Positions 1 through 9,442 of a stretch of DNA of 64,000 nt are shown here, in pieces; within the stretch, counting starts at the first letter, position 1; each line of letters begins with the position of its first letter. The notes under the pieces are model-generated. The model was not told the DNA's origin and searched no databases. It saw only the letters and a program-made list of their open reading frames with translations. A program made the translations under genes and the position numbers. Source of the DNA: Chloroflexota bacterium (GTDB lineage Bacteria; Chloroflexota; UBA6077; SHYK01); contig JACQOR010000007.1 in the NCBI GenBank assembly GCA_016202435.1, forward strand, positions 3,284 to 67,283. Reading direction: 5' to 3'.

Positions 1-345
1 TTCAGTCGGCAGCTCCGCGATCTCCTCTGCAACCGGGCTTGAGGGGGCCACCAATTCCACGTACAGGGAGTAGTTGCGCTCCGGATCGAATCCTAGGACG
101 GCATACGACTTTACCAAGATGAAGTAAGTCCCGGGAGCCAGATCCAACTGCTCTAGGATCTCAGGGAGGGATCCATCCTCGGTTGATCGATCGACGATGT
201 CGCCGTTCTCGTCAACGAGGTGGAGGTCATAGTCGGCCGGCAGGTCCTCCAGCCAGATCGAGAGCTGGGAACCGGGTTGGGCCACCGGTATCGCGTACAC
301 GTTCGTGCCACCCCGAGTGCTGATCGCGTCGTGGACGAGCGCCAT
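1..345 (-). CDS. PPC (pre-peptidase C-terminal-like) domain protein, partial; the open frame continues past position 1
   Basis: Minus-strand frame open from 577 to beyond position 1, which is why it is absent from the ORF track. Translation reads ...MALVHDAISTRGGTNVYAIPVAQPGSQLSIWLEDLPADYDLHLVDENGDIVDRSTEDGSLPEILEQLDLAPGTYFILVKSYAVLGFDPERNYSLYVELVAP..., a typical PPC-domain pattern (DYDLxLxDxxG...GTYxxxV). Start is uncertain: ATG at 345, alternative TTG at 466 or GTG at 550. Confidence 0.5.
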   Translation of the reverse strand, partial: MALVHDAISTRGGTNVYAIPVAQPGSQLSIWLEDLPADYDLHLVDENGDIVDRSTEDGSLPEILEQLDLAPGTYFILVKSYAVLGFDPERNYSLYVELVAPSSPVAEEIAELPTE

Positions 346-607
346 ACCCGCCGTTCCGTCGATGGAACAAGCCGTAGCAATGCCGTTCCAACCAAAATGG
401 ACTGCAAATAGGACCGAACCTGCACGGCTCCACCTTTCGTCTCTTCGTTTGAGCAATGAACGTGAGAGCCACGCAGCGCACGCGCCGCGGTTCGAGGCCG
501 CGAATTCTAGCTGGTCAGGGATCTCCGGGGCGTGCGGCACGGGGTTACATCCGAGGTCGGAGCGATGTTATGTCGACACGGCCGACACCGGTAGCCGGCA
601 GCAAAGG

Positions 608-637
608 CCGTTGGTGGGCACGAGGAGGGCGTATAAT
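608..637 (+). promoter_or_regulatory. Candidate sigma70-type promoter for tRNA-Pro: perfect TATAAT -10 at 632-637, with TTGGTG or CGTTGG as -35
   Basis: Perfect TATAAT about 110 nt upstream of the tRNA. The -35 spacing is suboptimal at 15-18 nt. Confidence 0.3.
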
Positions 638-747
638 CCACGCGTTCGGTGTGCTCCAACCCTCGCACCGAACAAACCGAGCGAAGCGACAGCGTAGCGG
701 CCCGCGCCAGGAACACGCAGGCCGCTGCGGCTTCGCCTCCGCTCAAG

Positions 748-821
748 CGGGCCGAAGCGCAGTCTGGTAGCGCACCTGAATGGGGTTCAGGTGGTCGGGC
801 GTTCAAATCGCCCCGGCCCGA
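748..821 (+). tRNA. tRNA-Pro (anticodon GGG), 74 nt
   Basis: Manual cloverleaf fold:
- acceptor CGGGCCG / CGGCCCG
- D-stem GCGC / GCGC
- anticodon stem CCTGA / TCAGG with loop ATGGGGT (U33, GGG, G37)
- T-arm GGGCG-TTCAAAT-CGCCC
- discriminator A
CCA is not encoded (CCG follows). Confidence 0.85.
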
Positions 822-825
822 CCGA

Positions 826-871
826 GGGGAGCCTGCTTCTTGCTAGCTAAGAAGCAGGCTCCCCGTTTTTG
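826..871 (+). terminator. Rho-independent terminator: perfect 16-bp stem, 7-nt loop, then GTTTTTG
   Basis: GGGGAGCCTGCTTCTT-gctagct-AAGAAGCAGGCTCCCC followed by a T-run, immediately 3' of tRNA-Pro. Confidence 0.8.
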
Positions 872-913
872 TAACCGCATTCGTCTCGCAACCCGGGCTG
901 CGCGCCTTCGATA

Positions 914-1360
914 ATGCCCACGGGGGAATCAGACGACGCTGAACTCACCGGCATCCGGCCAAAGACGGTGACGGAGTACTTCGTACTCAGCGAGCGGGTG
1001 AGTGGTTCGGACTGGGCTGAGGGCGATCACCTGACCCTCGAGCACGACCCTGACCAGCGCGATGACGTGAATGCGCTCGTCGCCGTCACCGTTGGAGGCA
1101 CGGAAATCGGCCACCTGTGGCGGGAAGATGCGGAGGAGCTAGCGCCCCGCGTCAACCAGGAAGCGCCCTATGAGGCCTGGATTGACCGCATCCTCACGGG
1201 GTCCCCTGACAAGCCCTACTGTGGCGTGGTCATCGAAGTCCGTTTCGCTGACGATCCCCCGGATCACATACCCCGTCGGCAGGAACCGGGACCGGGCCTT
1301 TTGACGCGGCTGGCGCGGATGCTGCCCCGTCGCCGACCGAGCCGGGGCTCAGAGGCCTAA
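914..1360 (+). CDS. HIRAN-domain protein (putative DNA-end / damage-binding module), hypothetical
   Basis: ORF-track protein. The segment LTLEHDPDQRDDVNALVAVTVGGTEIGHLWREDAEELAPRVNQ fits the HIRAN signature (NxxDxNAlxV...G..iGyl.re.a..lap). Confidence 0.55.
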   Translation: MPTGESDDAELTGIRPKTVTEYFVLSERVSGSDWAEGDHLTLEHDPDQRDDVNALVAVTVGGTEIGHLWREDAEELAPRVNQEAPYEAWIDRILTGSPDKPYCGVVIEVRFADDPPDHIPRRQEPGPGLLTRLARMLPRRRPSRGSEA

Positions 1361-2637
1361 CGCGACAAAGCGGCGCCCAGGGCCATCGATGGCCCCCTGC
1401 GGCGGAAGCCGCTCCGGGCAGGCACGGGCAGCGTGGGTTGAGGTCGTGCGGCCGGCTCCGGTCGCCGCGCAGTCGAACGGTGAGTCGCGGCCGCCGCGGT
1501 ACGCGCAGAATCCCCTGGCGTCACATCCCCGGCCGGCTTGCCGAAACGGGGTAATCTCCGCCCCAGAGTTCGCTCGATCAACCGCATCTTCGGCGCATCC
1601 TCGGGTGTGACGAGGGTGATCGCCTCGCCTTTGCGTCCCATCCGGCCGGTTCGGCCCACCCGGTGCGTGAATAGCTCGGGAGTCTCAGGCAGCTCATAGT
1701 TGATCACCTGGCTGATGCCTTCGACGTCCAGCCCCCGAGCCGCCACATTCGTCGCCACGAGGATCGGAAGCTCGCCAGACCGGAACCCCGCCATCACGGC
1801 CTCGCGGGCGTGTTGCCCCATATCGCCCTGAAGCGCTGACACCGGATAGCCTAGACGATCCAGCTGGCGGGCAAGCCGGGCGACGCCATATTTCGTCCGT
1901 CCAAAGACGAGGACGGGACCGTCACTCCGGCGATCCAGTAGCCCCATCAGCGTATCGAGCTTCGCGCCCGCCTCCACCTCGTACACGAGATGATCAATTT
2001 CCGGCGGGCTTTCCAGCTCGACATCGACGCGCACCGTGACCGGATCTATCAGGTAGCGGGCCGCGGTCGAAGCCACCCAGCTCGGAACGGTAGCCGAGAA
2101 AAGCGCCGTCTGGCGATTGGTCGGAGCCTGCGAGATGATGCGCTCCACGTCCGGAGCGAAGCCACGATCCAGCATCTCGTCCGCCTCATCGAGGACCAAC
2201 ATCCGCAGATCCCGCAGTGAGAGGTTCCGCTGCTGGAGATGATCGATAACGCGGCCCGGCGTTCCCACCACGATCTGTGGCCCGCGGGCGAGTGCCTGCC
2301 GTTCCGGAGTCGCGGAGTGCCCGCCGTAGAGCAGCGTCATCCGCAAACCGGCGTTGGGCGCCAGCTTTTCAATCACGTCGCCCACCTGGAGGGCGAGCTC
2401 GCGAGTCGGCACCAGCACCAGCGCCTGCACTCCCGGTCGGCGGCGGTCGCAGAGATCCAGAATCGGCAATGCGAAGGCCAGGGTCTTCCCCGAGCCGGTC
2501 CGCGCCTGTCCCACGACGTCGCGTCCGTTTAGCATCGCTGGAATAGCCTGCTCTTGAATCGGGGTGGGGACCGTAATGCCCTGCTTCGCCAGCAAGGCAG
2601 CGGGCGTCCGCTGAATTCCGAGGTCAGCGAACGTCAT
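1357..2637 (-). CDS. DEAD-box ATP-dependent RNA helicase
   Basis: Motifs present: Q-motif, GSGKT (Walker A), DEAD (VLDEADEMLDRGF), SAT and HRVGRTGR. True start is ATG at 2637 (MTFADLGIQ...) rather than the upstream GTG of the track ORF. C-terminal Arg/Pro-rich tail. Confidence 0.9.
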   Translation of the reverse strand: MTFADLGIQRTPAALLAKQGITVPTPIQEQAIPAMLNGRDVVGQARTGSGKTLAFALPILDLCDRRRPGVQALVLVPTRELALQVGDVIEKLAPNAGLRMTLLYGGHSATPERQALARGPQIVVGTPGRVIDHLQQRNLSLRDLRMLVLDEADEMLDRGFAPDVERIISQAPTNRQTALFSATVPSWVASTAARYLIDPVTVRVDVELESPPEIDHLVYEVEAGAKLDTLMGLLDRRSDGPVLVFGRTKYGVARLARQLDRLGYPVSALQGDMGQHAREAVMAGFRSGELPILVATNVAARGLDVEGISQVINYELPETPELFTHRVGRTGRMGRKGEAITLVTPEDAPKMRLIERTLGRRLPRFGKPAGDVTPGDSARTAAAATHRSTARRPEPAARPQPTLPVPARSGFRRRGPSMALGAALSR

Positions 2638-2645
2638 CGTTTTCT

Positions 2646-2978
2646 CTACCAACGGGCACCTCGCGAAGCGTCGGCCCGAGGACGATGGGTTTCGAAGCAA
2701 TCCGAGCAATAGACGGGCCGGTCCGTCCGGGGCTGAAACGGGACCTGGGTATCCTTGCCGCAATCCGAGCACACGGCTGGGAACATTTGCCGCTCGCGGG
2801 GCTCATAGCCCCCGCCGGAATAGCCGGAGCCGCCGCTCTGACTGCGCGCCGCTCGGCAGGACGTGCAGCGGCTGGGATCGTTCTGGAACCCGCGGCTGGC
2901 GAAAAATTCCTGCTCGCCGGCTGTGAAGGCGAATGTCTGTCCGCAATCGCGACAGGTTAGGGTCTTATCGGTATACAC
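2646..2978 (-). CDS. Tandem zinc-ribbon protein (zf-trcl-like, two CxxC...CxxC units)
   Basis: Two repeats: CRDCGQTFAFTAGEQEFFASRGFQNDPSRCTSCR and CSDCGKDTQVPFQPRTDRPVYCSDCF. The probable zinc-ribbon FxFtxgEQeFy signature is present. Stop lies 8 nt upstream of the helicase ATG, suggesting an operon. Confidence 0.8.
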   Translation of the reverse strand: MYTDKTLTCRDCGQTFAFTAGEQEFFASRGFQNDPSRCTSCRAARSQSGGSGYSGGGYEPRERQMFPAVCSDCGKDTQVPFQPRTDRPVYCSDCFETHRPRADASRGARW

Positions 2979-3259
2979 GCGCTGACTCCTCGGTCAGAAA
3001 GTTGGCCGAACGGTCAGCGCATTTCACCACGGAAGAGGAGAGGGGAGGAAAGCCCGGAAAGGGAAGTCCTGCCCGTACCCTGCATTGGGCTGGGCAGCCG
3101 TTACAGTACCACGATCACCACTATATCAGATAGGCAGGCCGGGCGGACAGCACACCCCCTCCCAGGAGGCGGCTGCGCCAGGCGGGCCGCCTTTCTACTA
3201 AGTAGCAGGCCGGCCCGACTACAATGCTGGGCCTCTATTTTCCTTTCCAAGGAGCTGCC

Positions 3260-3733
3260 GTGAAGATTTCCGTTCCCATGGTCCTCAACAGCCGCGCACA
3301 AACTCTCGAGGTGGAGCCGTACTGGACCCTGCAACGCCTGCTGCGAGATGAGCTCGACCTCACGGGCACTAAGGAAGGGTGCCGCACCGGCAATTGCGGC
3401 GTCTGCACGATTCTGGTCGACGGCAGGGCGGTCAAGTCGTGCTTGATGCTGGCCGCTCAGGCCGCGGGCGCCGAGGTCACGACGATCGAAGGACTTGCCA
3501 GGGGCGACGAGCTGCACCCGGTCCAGACAGCCTTCGTCGAGTACGGCGCCATCCAATGTGGCTACTGCTCTCCGGGATTCATCATGGCCGCTACCGCCTT
3601 CCTGGCGGAGAACCCGCGCCCTTCCCGTGATGAGATCAAGGATGCCCTGGAGGGCAACCTCTGCCGCTGTACGGGCTACATCAAGATCTTCGAAGCCGTG
3701 GAAGCCGCCGCCGGCGCGCTCCAAAGGAGCTGA
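3260..3733 (+). CDS. [2Fe-2S]-binding small subunit of a xanthine dehydrogenase / CO dehydrogenase-family molybdoenzyme (CoxS/IorA-like)
   Basis: Cys motifs: CRTGNCGVC plus CGYCSPGF and CRCTGY. GTG start at 3260, preceded by AAGGAG. Stop lies 2 nt before the large subunit. Confidence 0.85.
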   Translation: MKISVPMVLNSRAQTLEVEPYWTLQRLLRDELDLTGTKEGCRTGNCGVCTILVDGRAVKSCLMLAAQAAGAEVTTIEGLARGDELHPVQTAFVEYGAIQCGYCSPGFIMAATAFLAENPRPSRDEIKDALEGNLCRCTGYIKIFEAVEAAAGALQRS

Positions 3734-3735
3734 GC

Positions 3736-6027
3736 ATGACCGCAACCACTGAGCTCCACGCCATCGGTCAGCCGATCCTCAAGCAGGACGCCTACCTCAA
3801 GGCCACCGGGAACGCGGCCTACGCCGGGGACGTGCGTCTGCCCGGCACCCTCGAAGCCCGGGTGCTCCGCAGCCCACATCCTCACGCCCGGATCGTGTCC
3901 ATAGATGTCAGCGCGGCGGAAGCTCTGCCGGGCGTGTATGCCGTGGTTGCCGGAAAAGACGTCCCCCCCATTCGTATCGGCCGTTTCATCAAGGACCGCC
4001 ACGCGCTCGCCCGCGAGAAGGTGATCTACGTCGGCGAGCCGGTGGCCGCCGTGGCCGCGGCTAATGAGGAGATTGCGGAACAGGCAATCCAGCTCATCCA
4101 GGTGGAATACGAGCTCCTGCCGGCGGTGTTTGATCCCGAACGCGCCCTGGCGCCGGACGCTCCGATTCTCCATCCGGACCTGGCCCAGTACATCGACCCG
4201 GGCACGTCAAAACGCCAGGGCAACATGCGGAACCAGGTGGTCCACGAAGTGGGGAACGTCGAGGAGGCATTCAATGAGCCCGGCCTCCTCACCTACGAGG
4301 CAGTCTACCGGACCCCGAGACAGTACCAGGGTTTTACCGAGCCGCACGCCGCCATTGCGCAAGTGGATGGCACCGGCCGGATAACGGTCTGGGCCGCCAC
4401 CAAGGCGCCGTTCGGCGAGCGCCAGAGCGTCGCCGACACCCTGGGGGAACCGGTCTCGCGAATCCGCATGATCTCCCCCGTTGTGGGCGGAGACTTTGGT
4501 GGCAAAGGGGCGGCGTTCATCGAGCCCATCGTGGCCTTGCTGGCTCGCAAGGCACGTCGGCCGGTGCGCCTGGCCCTCTCCCGCCTCGAAGAACTCACCG
4601 CGATGACGTCCCGCGCCTCGTGCGTCATCAGGCTCAAGATGGGAGTTCGCCGCGACGGAACGGTGACCGCCATGGAAGGCACGTTGCTCTACAACGTCGG
4701 CGGGGTTGACGACAGCGGGGCCGGCGGGGCCAACAGCGCCGGTGTCCTCCTCGGCGCCTACCGCATCCCTCACGCCCGCGTGGTCGCGACGTCCGCCTAT
4801 ACGAACTCCTCTCCGGCCGGCCACGTCCGGGCGCCCGCCGGTCCCCAGACCAGCTTCGCGACCGAGTCCCACATGGACCATTTGGCCCACGTGCTGGGCA
4901 TGGATCCGCTCGATTTCCGCATCAAGAACGCCCTCGGGGACGGGGACACCGCCCCATCCGGACACGGCGTTCTGCGCAACGTCGGCCTTCAGGAGTGCAT
5001 CGCCAAAGCGCGCGATTGGATGGCCCGGGAGCTAGGCGAGAAGGGGCGGAACCAGGGCGTGGGGGTGGCACTCTCGCTCTGGGCCCTCCATCCCAATCCC
5101 GCGCGGGTCGCGAGCGCGGCCACGGTGAAGATCGACGTCGATGGCAGCGTCGTGGTCACCAGCGGGGTGGCGGATCAGGGCGGCGGCCAGTGGACCATCG
5201 TCACGCAGGTCGCCGCCGAGGTACTCGGCGTCCCAGTCGAAATGGTCAGCGTGATCGCCGCCGACACTGAGGCCACACCCCAGGAGCAGGGGACCGGCGG
5301 CAGCCAGACGACGTATCGCGTTGGCAACGTGGTCCGTCAGGCTGCGACCGATGCCCGTCGCAAGCTGCTCCGTTTCGCCGCCGAGCGGCTCGAGGTCGAC
5401 GAGGAGGAGCTCGATGTCCGGGAGGGGGAGATCTTCGCTCGCTCCGACCCGGCCAGGAAGGTGACGGTCGCCCAAATCGCTCAGGCGGCGGGAGCCTCGT
5501 CGGCCGGCCCCATCATCGGGACCGGCGCGGAAGAGCGCGAGCGCGAGATCATCGAGCAAGGCCACGAGCGGTCTGAGGTCGTGGATGCTCCTAGCTTCGC
5601 CTGCCACGTCGCGAAGGTGTTCGTTGATCCCGAGACCGGCCAGATCGATGTCCAGAAGTACTACACGTCGCAAGACGTGGGACGAGCGCTCAATCCGCTC
5701 GCCTGCAAGGGCCAGATCGAGGGTGGGGTGGTTTTCGGCCTCGGCTATGCTCTCAGCGAGGAGCTGCTCTCGGACCAGGGGGTGAACCTGAACGCCAACC
5801 TCTGGGAGTACCTGCTTCCCACGTCCCCTCACGTCCCTGAGCTGACGGTCGAGCTGGTTGAAGTCCCCTCCACCTACGGACCGTTTGGTGCCAAGGGCGT
5901 TGGAGAGACCGCCAACATTCCGGTCGCGGCCACCATCGCGAATGCCGTCGCAGACGCGACCGGAGCCCGGGTCACGCAGGCGCCGCTCACGCCCGAGCGC
6001 GTGCTCGCCGCCGTCAGCGGGAGCTGA
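3736..6027 (+). CDS. Molybdopterin-binding large subunit, xanthine dehydrogenase / aldehyde oxidase family (CoxL/IorB-like)
   Basis: 763 aa with Ald_Xan_dh_C domain architecture (GGDFGGKG, GQGxxT motifs). Directly follows the small subunit. Confidence 0.9.
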   Translation: MTATTELHAIGQPILKQDAYLKATGNAAYAGDVRLPGTLEARVLRSPHPHARIVSIDVSAAEALPGVYAVVAGKDVPPIRIGRFIKDRHALAREKVIYVGEPVAAVAAANEEIAEQAIQLIQVEYELLPAVFDPERALAPDAPILHPDLAQYIDPGTSKRQGNMRNQVVHEVGNVEEAFNEPGLLTYEAVYRTPRQYQGFTEPHAAIAQVDGTGRITVWAATKAPFGERQSVADTLGEPVSRIRMISPVVGGDFGGKGAAFIEPIVALLARKARRPVRLALSRLEELTAMTSRASCVIRLKMGVRRDGTVTAMEGTLLYNVGGVDDSGAGGANSAGVLLGAYRIPHARVVATSAYTNSSPAGHVRAPAGPQTSFATESHMDHLAHVLGMDPLDFRIKNALGDGDTAPSGHGVLRNVGLQECIAKARDWMARELGEKGRNQGVGVALSLWALHPNPARVASAATVKIDVDGSVVVTSGVADQGGGQWTIVTQVAAEVLGVPVEMVSVIAADTEATPQEQGTGGSQTTYRVGNVVRQAATDARRKLLRFAAERLEVDEEELDVREGEIFARSDPARKVTVAQIAQAAGASSAGPIIGTGAEEREREIIEQGHERSEVVDAPSFACHVAKVFVDPETGQIDVQKYYTSQDVGRALNPLACKGQIEGGVVFGLGYALSEELLSDQGVNLNANLWEYLLPTSPHVPELTVELVEVPSTYGPFGAKGVGETANIPVAATIANAVADATGARVTQAPLTPERVLAAVSGS

Positions 6028-6181
6028 CCTCGAACCGTTCCTAAAATATCCGTAAGAAAGGGCCCCTGCTGAAAGCGCGGCAGGGGCCCTCTATCGTAGA
6101 AACACGGACGCAAGTTCCTGAAAGCCGCCCAGGGGCAGCTAGGGGCGGCTGGTCGTTTCTCGTGCGGTTGGGAGGAGAAGA

Positions 6182-7126
6182 GTGAACGAGGTCCAGCAGT
6201 ATCTGGTTGAAGAAGAACTGGAGCACTATCGAGACGGGTGGATCAACCGGCGGGAGTTTCTGCGTCGCGCCTCATTGCTCGGAGTCGCTTCCTCGGTCGC
6301 CGCGGCCCTCAGCACTTCAGTGACGCCAGCCCGGGCAGCTCCCGCCACCGCGCAAGACCAGACCTCGCCATTCCACGTTCCCGAAGATGACCCGGCGGTT
6401 GCCACCGGCTGGTCCTCGTATCCCAGCGACGACGGTGCGGAACTTCACGCCTACGTCGCCTGGCCGGCTACGGCCACGGAAGGGGCGGGTTTCCCCGGAA
6501 TCGCCATTTGCCATGAGAACCAGGGGCTGACCGCGCACATTCAGGACGTGGCCCGGCGCTACGCGCTCCAGGGTTACGTCGCAATAGCGCCGGACCTGCC
6601 GTCGCGGTTCGGTCCTCCAACGTCCGAGCTATCACCCGACGAGGTGCGAGCCACTTTTTCGCGGCTTTCGCCTCGCCAGAACGCGCGCGACTTCGCGGCC
6701 GCATTGGACTTCATCAGACAGGACGCAGCGGTCGATTCGACCAAGCTCGCGGCCACCGGCTACTGCTTCGGAGGCGGCGTCATCTGGGAGCTCACCACGA
6801 TCTATCCGGACCTGATCGCTGCCGCCCCCTATTACGGCAGCGCTCCGCCTCTCGTGGGCGTATCCGAGATCAGGGCGGCCGTTTTCGGGGTCTACGGAGA
6901 GCTTGACACTCGTCTCAATGCATCCATTCCGGACCTGCAGGCAGCCCTGGATACCAGCGGCAAGACCTACTCGATGAAGATCTATCCCAACGCACCGCAT
7001 GCGTTCCACAACGACACCGGTCGCGCCTACAATCGTGACGCCGCCGTCGAGGCCTACGTCGATACACTCAACTGGTTCGCCGAGCACCTCAGCCTGGCGC
7101 CAAGCCCGGGCACGGTTCGCGCCTGA
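6182..7126 (+). CDS. Dienelactone hydrolase family protein with Tat signal peptide
   Basis: RREFLRRASLLGVASS twin-arginine signal. YCFGGG nucleophile elbow. The HAFHND motif places the catalytic His near the C-terminus. Confidence 0.8.
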   Translation: MNEVQQYLVEEELEHYRDGWINRREFLRRASLLGVASSVAAALSTSVTPARAAPATAQDQTSPFHVPEDDPAVATGWSSYPSDDGAELHAYVAWPATATEGAGFPGIAICHENQGLTAHIQDVARRYALQGYVAIAPDLPSRFGPPTSELSPDEVRATFSRLSPRQNARDFAAALDFIRQDAAVDSTKLAATGYCFGGGVIWELTTIYPDLIAAAPYYGSAPPLVGVSEIRAAVFGVYGELDTRLNASIPDLQAALDTSGKTYSMKIYPNAPHAFHNDTGRAYNRDAAVEAYVDTLNWFAEHLSLAPSPGTVRA

Positions 7127-7198
7127 CGCCTTACTTGGAGGCCACGTTTCGCGATGCCAGGATCGCGCAAGAGAGGAATCCGCAAGGAGGTAGCCAAA

Positions 7199-8956
7199 AT
7201 GAGCCGGGCACATGAGAGTCTCTGCATTGGGACGATCGTGGGGTTACTGGTTCTGACCGCCTGCGCACCGGGCCAGCCGACCGGAGCTGGAACCGGGCAA
7301 GAAGGCGACAGGGTGCCGGAAGCATTCAAGAGTGTCAAGGTCGCTATCGGGCAGGAGCCGGCCAGTTGGGACACGCGCATAACCCGCGAGTCAGGATCCC
7401 CCACGGCCGGCGGTATCGGCAACCTGAACCCACTGGCCCAGGACGGGGTGCGGCGGTCGGCCGCCGGAGGCGGGTACGCCAACTTGCTCGCTGCTGAGGT
7501 CCCCGACGCGGCCAGTGGGACCTGGGTGATCAACCCTAATGGCACCATGGACATGACGTGGAAGATCGTGCCCAATGCCAGATGGCATGACGGCACGTTT
7601 GTCACGGCAGCGGATTTCGAGTTTGCAGTCAAGGTGCGGAACGATCCGGAGGCATCAGGGCTACCCACCGGAGCAGGCCTGGAAAGGCTGCTCGCGGACG
7701 CGACGGCCCTCGATAACTACACGTTTGTGACCCGCTGGAGCTCAGTGAACGTGACCGTTGTCAGTGGAACCGGACTCGTCCCCTTGCCAAAGCATCTCCT
7801 GAATGACCTCTACCTCAAGGACCCGGCTGGTCTGGGCCAGCAGCGGTTCTTCACTACGGAGTACGTCGGTACCGGACCATTCAAGCTCGTGAACTGGGAG
7901 CGAGGCTCTCACATCGAGTTCGAGCGCTTCAACGACTACTACAAGGGTCCAGCCAAACTGAACCGCGTGATCCTCCAGATCATCCCCGATCCCAACACCA
8001 TGGTGGCCAACATCCTCGCCGGCGCGGTCGATGTCCTGGCACCCCCGAACGTTGACATCTCACTGGGTCTGGAGATAAAGGACCGCTGGGAAAAGGAAGG
8101 GTCAAAGAACCAGGTTCTGGTCCAGACCCGGGACGGGGCCGAGACCTGGGAGATCATGCTGGACCCGCAGTACGCCCGACCGGTCAACGGCATGACCCTC
8201 CAGCCGGTCCGGCAGGCACTCCTCCAGGCCGTGAACCGCAAGGATCTCAATGACGTGATGACCCTGGGCTACTCCGAGGTCGCGTACATCTTCTACCACC
8301 GGAACAGCGAGTACTACCCGTACGTGTCTGACCTCGATCCCAGGAACGGAAGCCCGCAGTTCGAATACCCGTACGACGTGCGCCGTGCCGAGCAGTTGCT
8401 GGCCCAGGCGGGCTGGACGAAGGGGGCGGACGGGATCCTGGCGCACCAGCCCAGCGGTGAACGGTTCAGCTACCAGGTCCTGACGCGGCGCGGCGACGGC
8501 CCGTTCAAGCAGGCCTCGATCATCCAGGACTACTGGAAAGCGATTGGCGTGAACCTGGATATCCACGTCCTCACTACGGCTGAGCAGGACAACAACGAGT
8601 ACCTGGCTACCCGGACGGGGGCCTCGTTCCACACGGCTGGCGGCGGCTCGTACATCGGCCTCCGAAGTCACTCCAGTACCATTCCACGGCAGGAAAATCG
8701 TTGGACTGGCAACAACCGGGGACGCTATAGCAACCCCGCGGTGGACGACGTGCTCGAGAAGATCTTCGTTACCATCGACGACCGACAGGCGCGGGAGCTG
8801 CATCGGCAGAACCTCACGTTGCAGATGACGGACCTGCACTCCTTGATGTGGTACTGGGTGACCGTGCCGATCTTGATGGTGGAGGGAGTGAGCGGACCCC
8901 AACTGGTCGGCCAGATCGTCACGCCCAACGTTCACGAGTGGGACTACAAGAAATAA
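7199..8956 (+). CDS. ABC transporter substrate-binding lipoprotein, family 5 (peptide/nickel type), orphan
   Basis: AGGAGG RBS then ATG at 7199. Lipobox LLVLTAC. SBP_bac_5 motifs present (WHDGT, FTTEYVGTGPFKL). No permease or ATPase gene nearby. Confidence 0.85.
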   Translation: MSRAHESLCIGTIVGLLVLTACAPGQPTGAGTGQEGDRVPEAFKSVKVAIGQEPASWDTRITRESGSPTAGGIGNLNPLAQDGVRRSAAGGGYANLLAAEVPDAASGTWVINPNGTMDMTWKIVPNARWHDGTFVTAADFEFAVKVRNDPEASGLPTGAGLERLLADATALDNYTFVTRWSSVNVTVVSGTGLVPLPKHLLNDLYLKDPAGLGQQRFFTTEYVGTGPFKLVNWERGSHIEFERFNDYYKGPAKLNRVILQIIPDPNTMVANILAGAVDVLAPPNVDISLGLEIKDRWEKEGSKNQVLVQTRDGAETWEIMLDPQYARPVNGMTLQPVRQALLQAVNRKDLNDVMTLGYSEVAYIFYHRNSEYYPYVSDLDPRNGSPQFEYPYDVRRAEQLLAQAGWTKGADGILAHQPSGERFSYQVLTRRGDGPFKQASIIQDYWKAIGVNLDIHVLTTAEQDNNEYLATRTGASFHTAGGGSYIGLRSHSSTIPRQENRWTGNNRGRYSNPAVDDVLEKIFVTIDDRQARELHRQNLTLQMTDLHSLMWYWVTVPILMVEGVSGPQLVGQIVTPNVHEWDYKK

Positions 8957-9021
8957 GGTCAGCGCGTTCCAGGGCATAATCTCGGTTCGCCATCCCGCGT
9001 TCGCTTCCGGGACCGCGAGCC

Positions 9022-9432
9022 TTGCGCTTGTACTCCCTGATCCCTGGCAGTACCGTCAGCATTTGCTCGGAGGCCCTTCGAGGATACTCGGTGCCGCGTA
9101 GCGAAAAGATCGAGCGATGTCTCGTCTGTCACAACATTGACTGCGCGCAGCGGGGGTCGATCCCCATCGGGGAGGAGATCGCACGGCGGTTGCGGGATGC
9201 GGGCAGCCCGGTTGAGGTCCGGCCCTACATGTGCTTTGGAGGCTGTCCCCAAGGTCCCAATATCGTTCTCTTCCCACAGGGCACCTGGTACGCCCAGGTG
9301 CAACCGGAAGACGCTGAAGCCATCGCAAATCACATCCTGGGTGGGCCCCGAGCAGACCGCCTGGCCGCAAGCGTGGATCCCGAGCTGCGCGACTTGATCC
9401 TGGAGATCCTCGACGCGGGCATCCTCGATTAG
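9022..9432 (+). CDS. Thioredoxin-like [2Fe-2S] ferredoxin, NuoE / 24-kDa-subunit-like
   Basis: Cys pattern C-x4-C ... C-x3-C (CHNIDC ... CFGGC), as in NuoE/HoxF-N. N-terminal start is uncertain. Confidence 0.75.
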   Translation: MRLYSLIPGSTVSICSEALRGYSVPRSEKIERCLVCHNIDCAQRGSIPIGEEIARRLRDAGSPVEVRPYMCFGGCPQGPNIVLFPQGTWYAQVQPEDAEAIANHILGGPRADRLAASVDPELRDLILEILDAGILD

Positions 9433-9442
9433 TGACGATTAG

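Noticed and set aside
3101-5832. Long minus-strand ORFs (3101..3745, 3676..4173, 4207..4965, 5032..5832) overlapping the coxS/coxL genes
   Set aside because: Arg/Gly/Pro-rich low-complexity translations, antisense to strongly conserved domain-containing genes. Typical high-GC alternative-frame artefacts.
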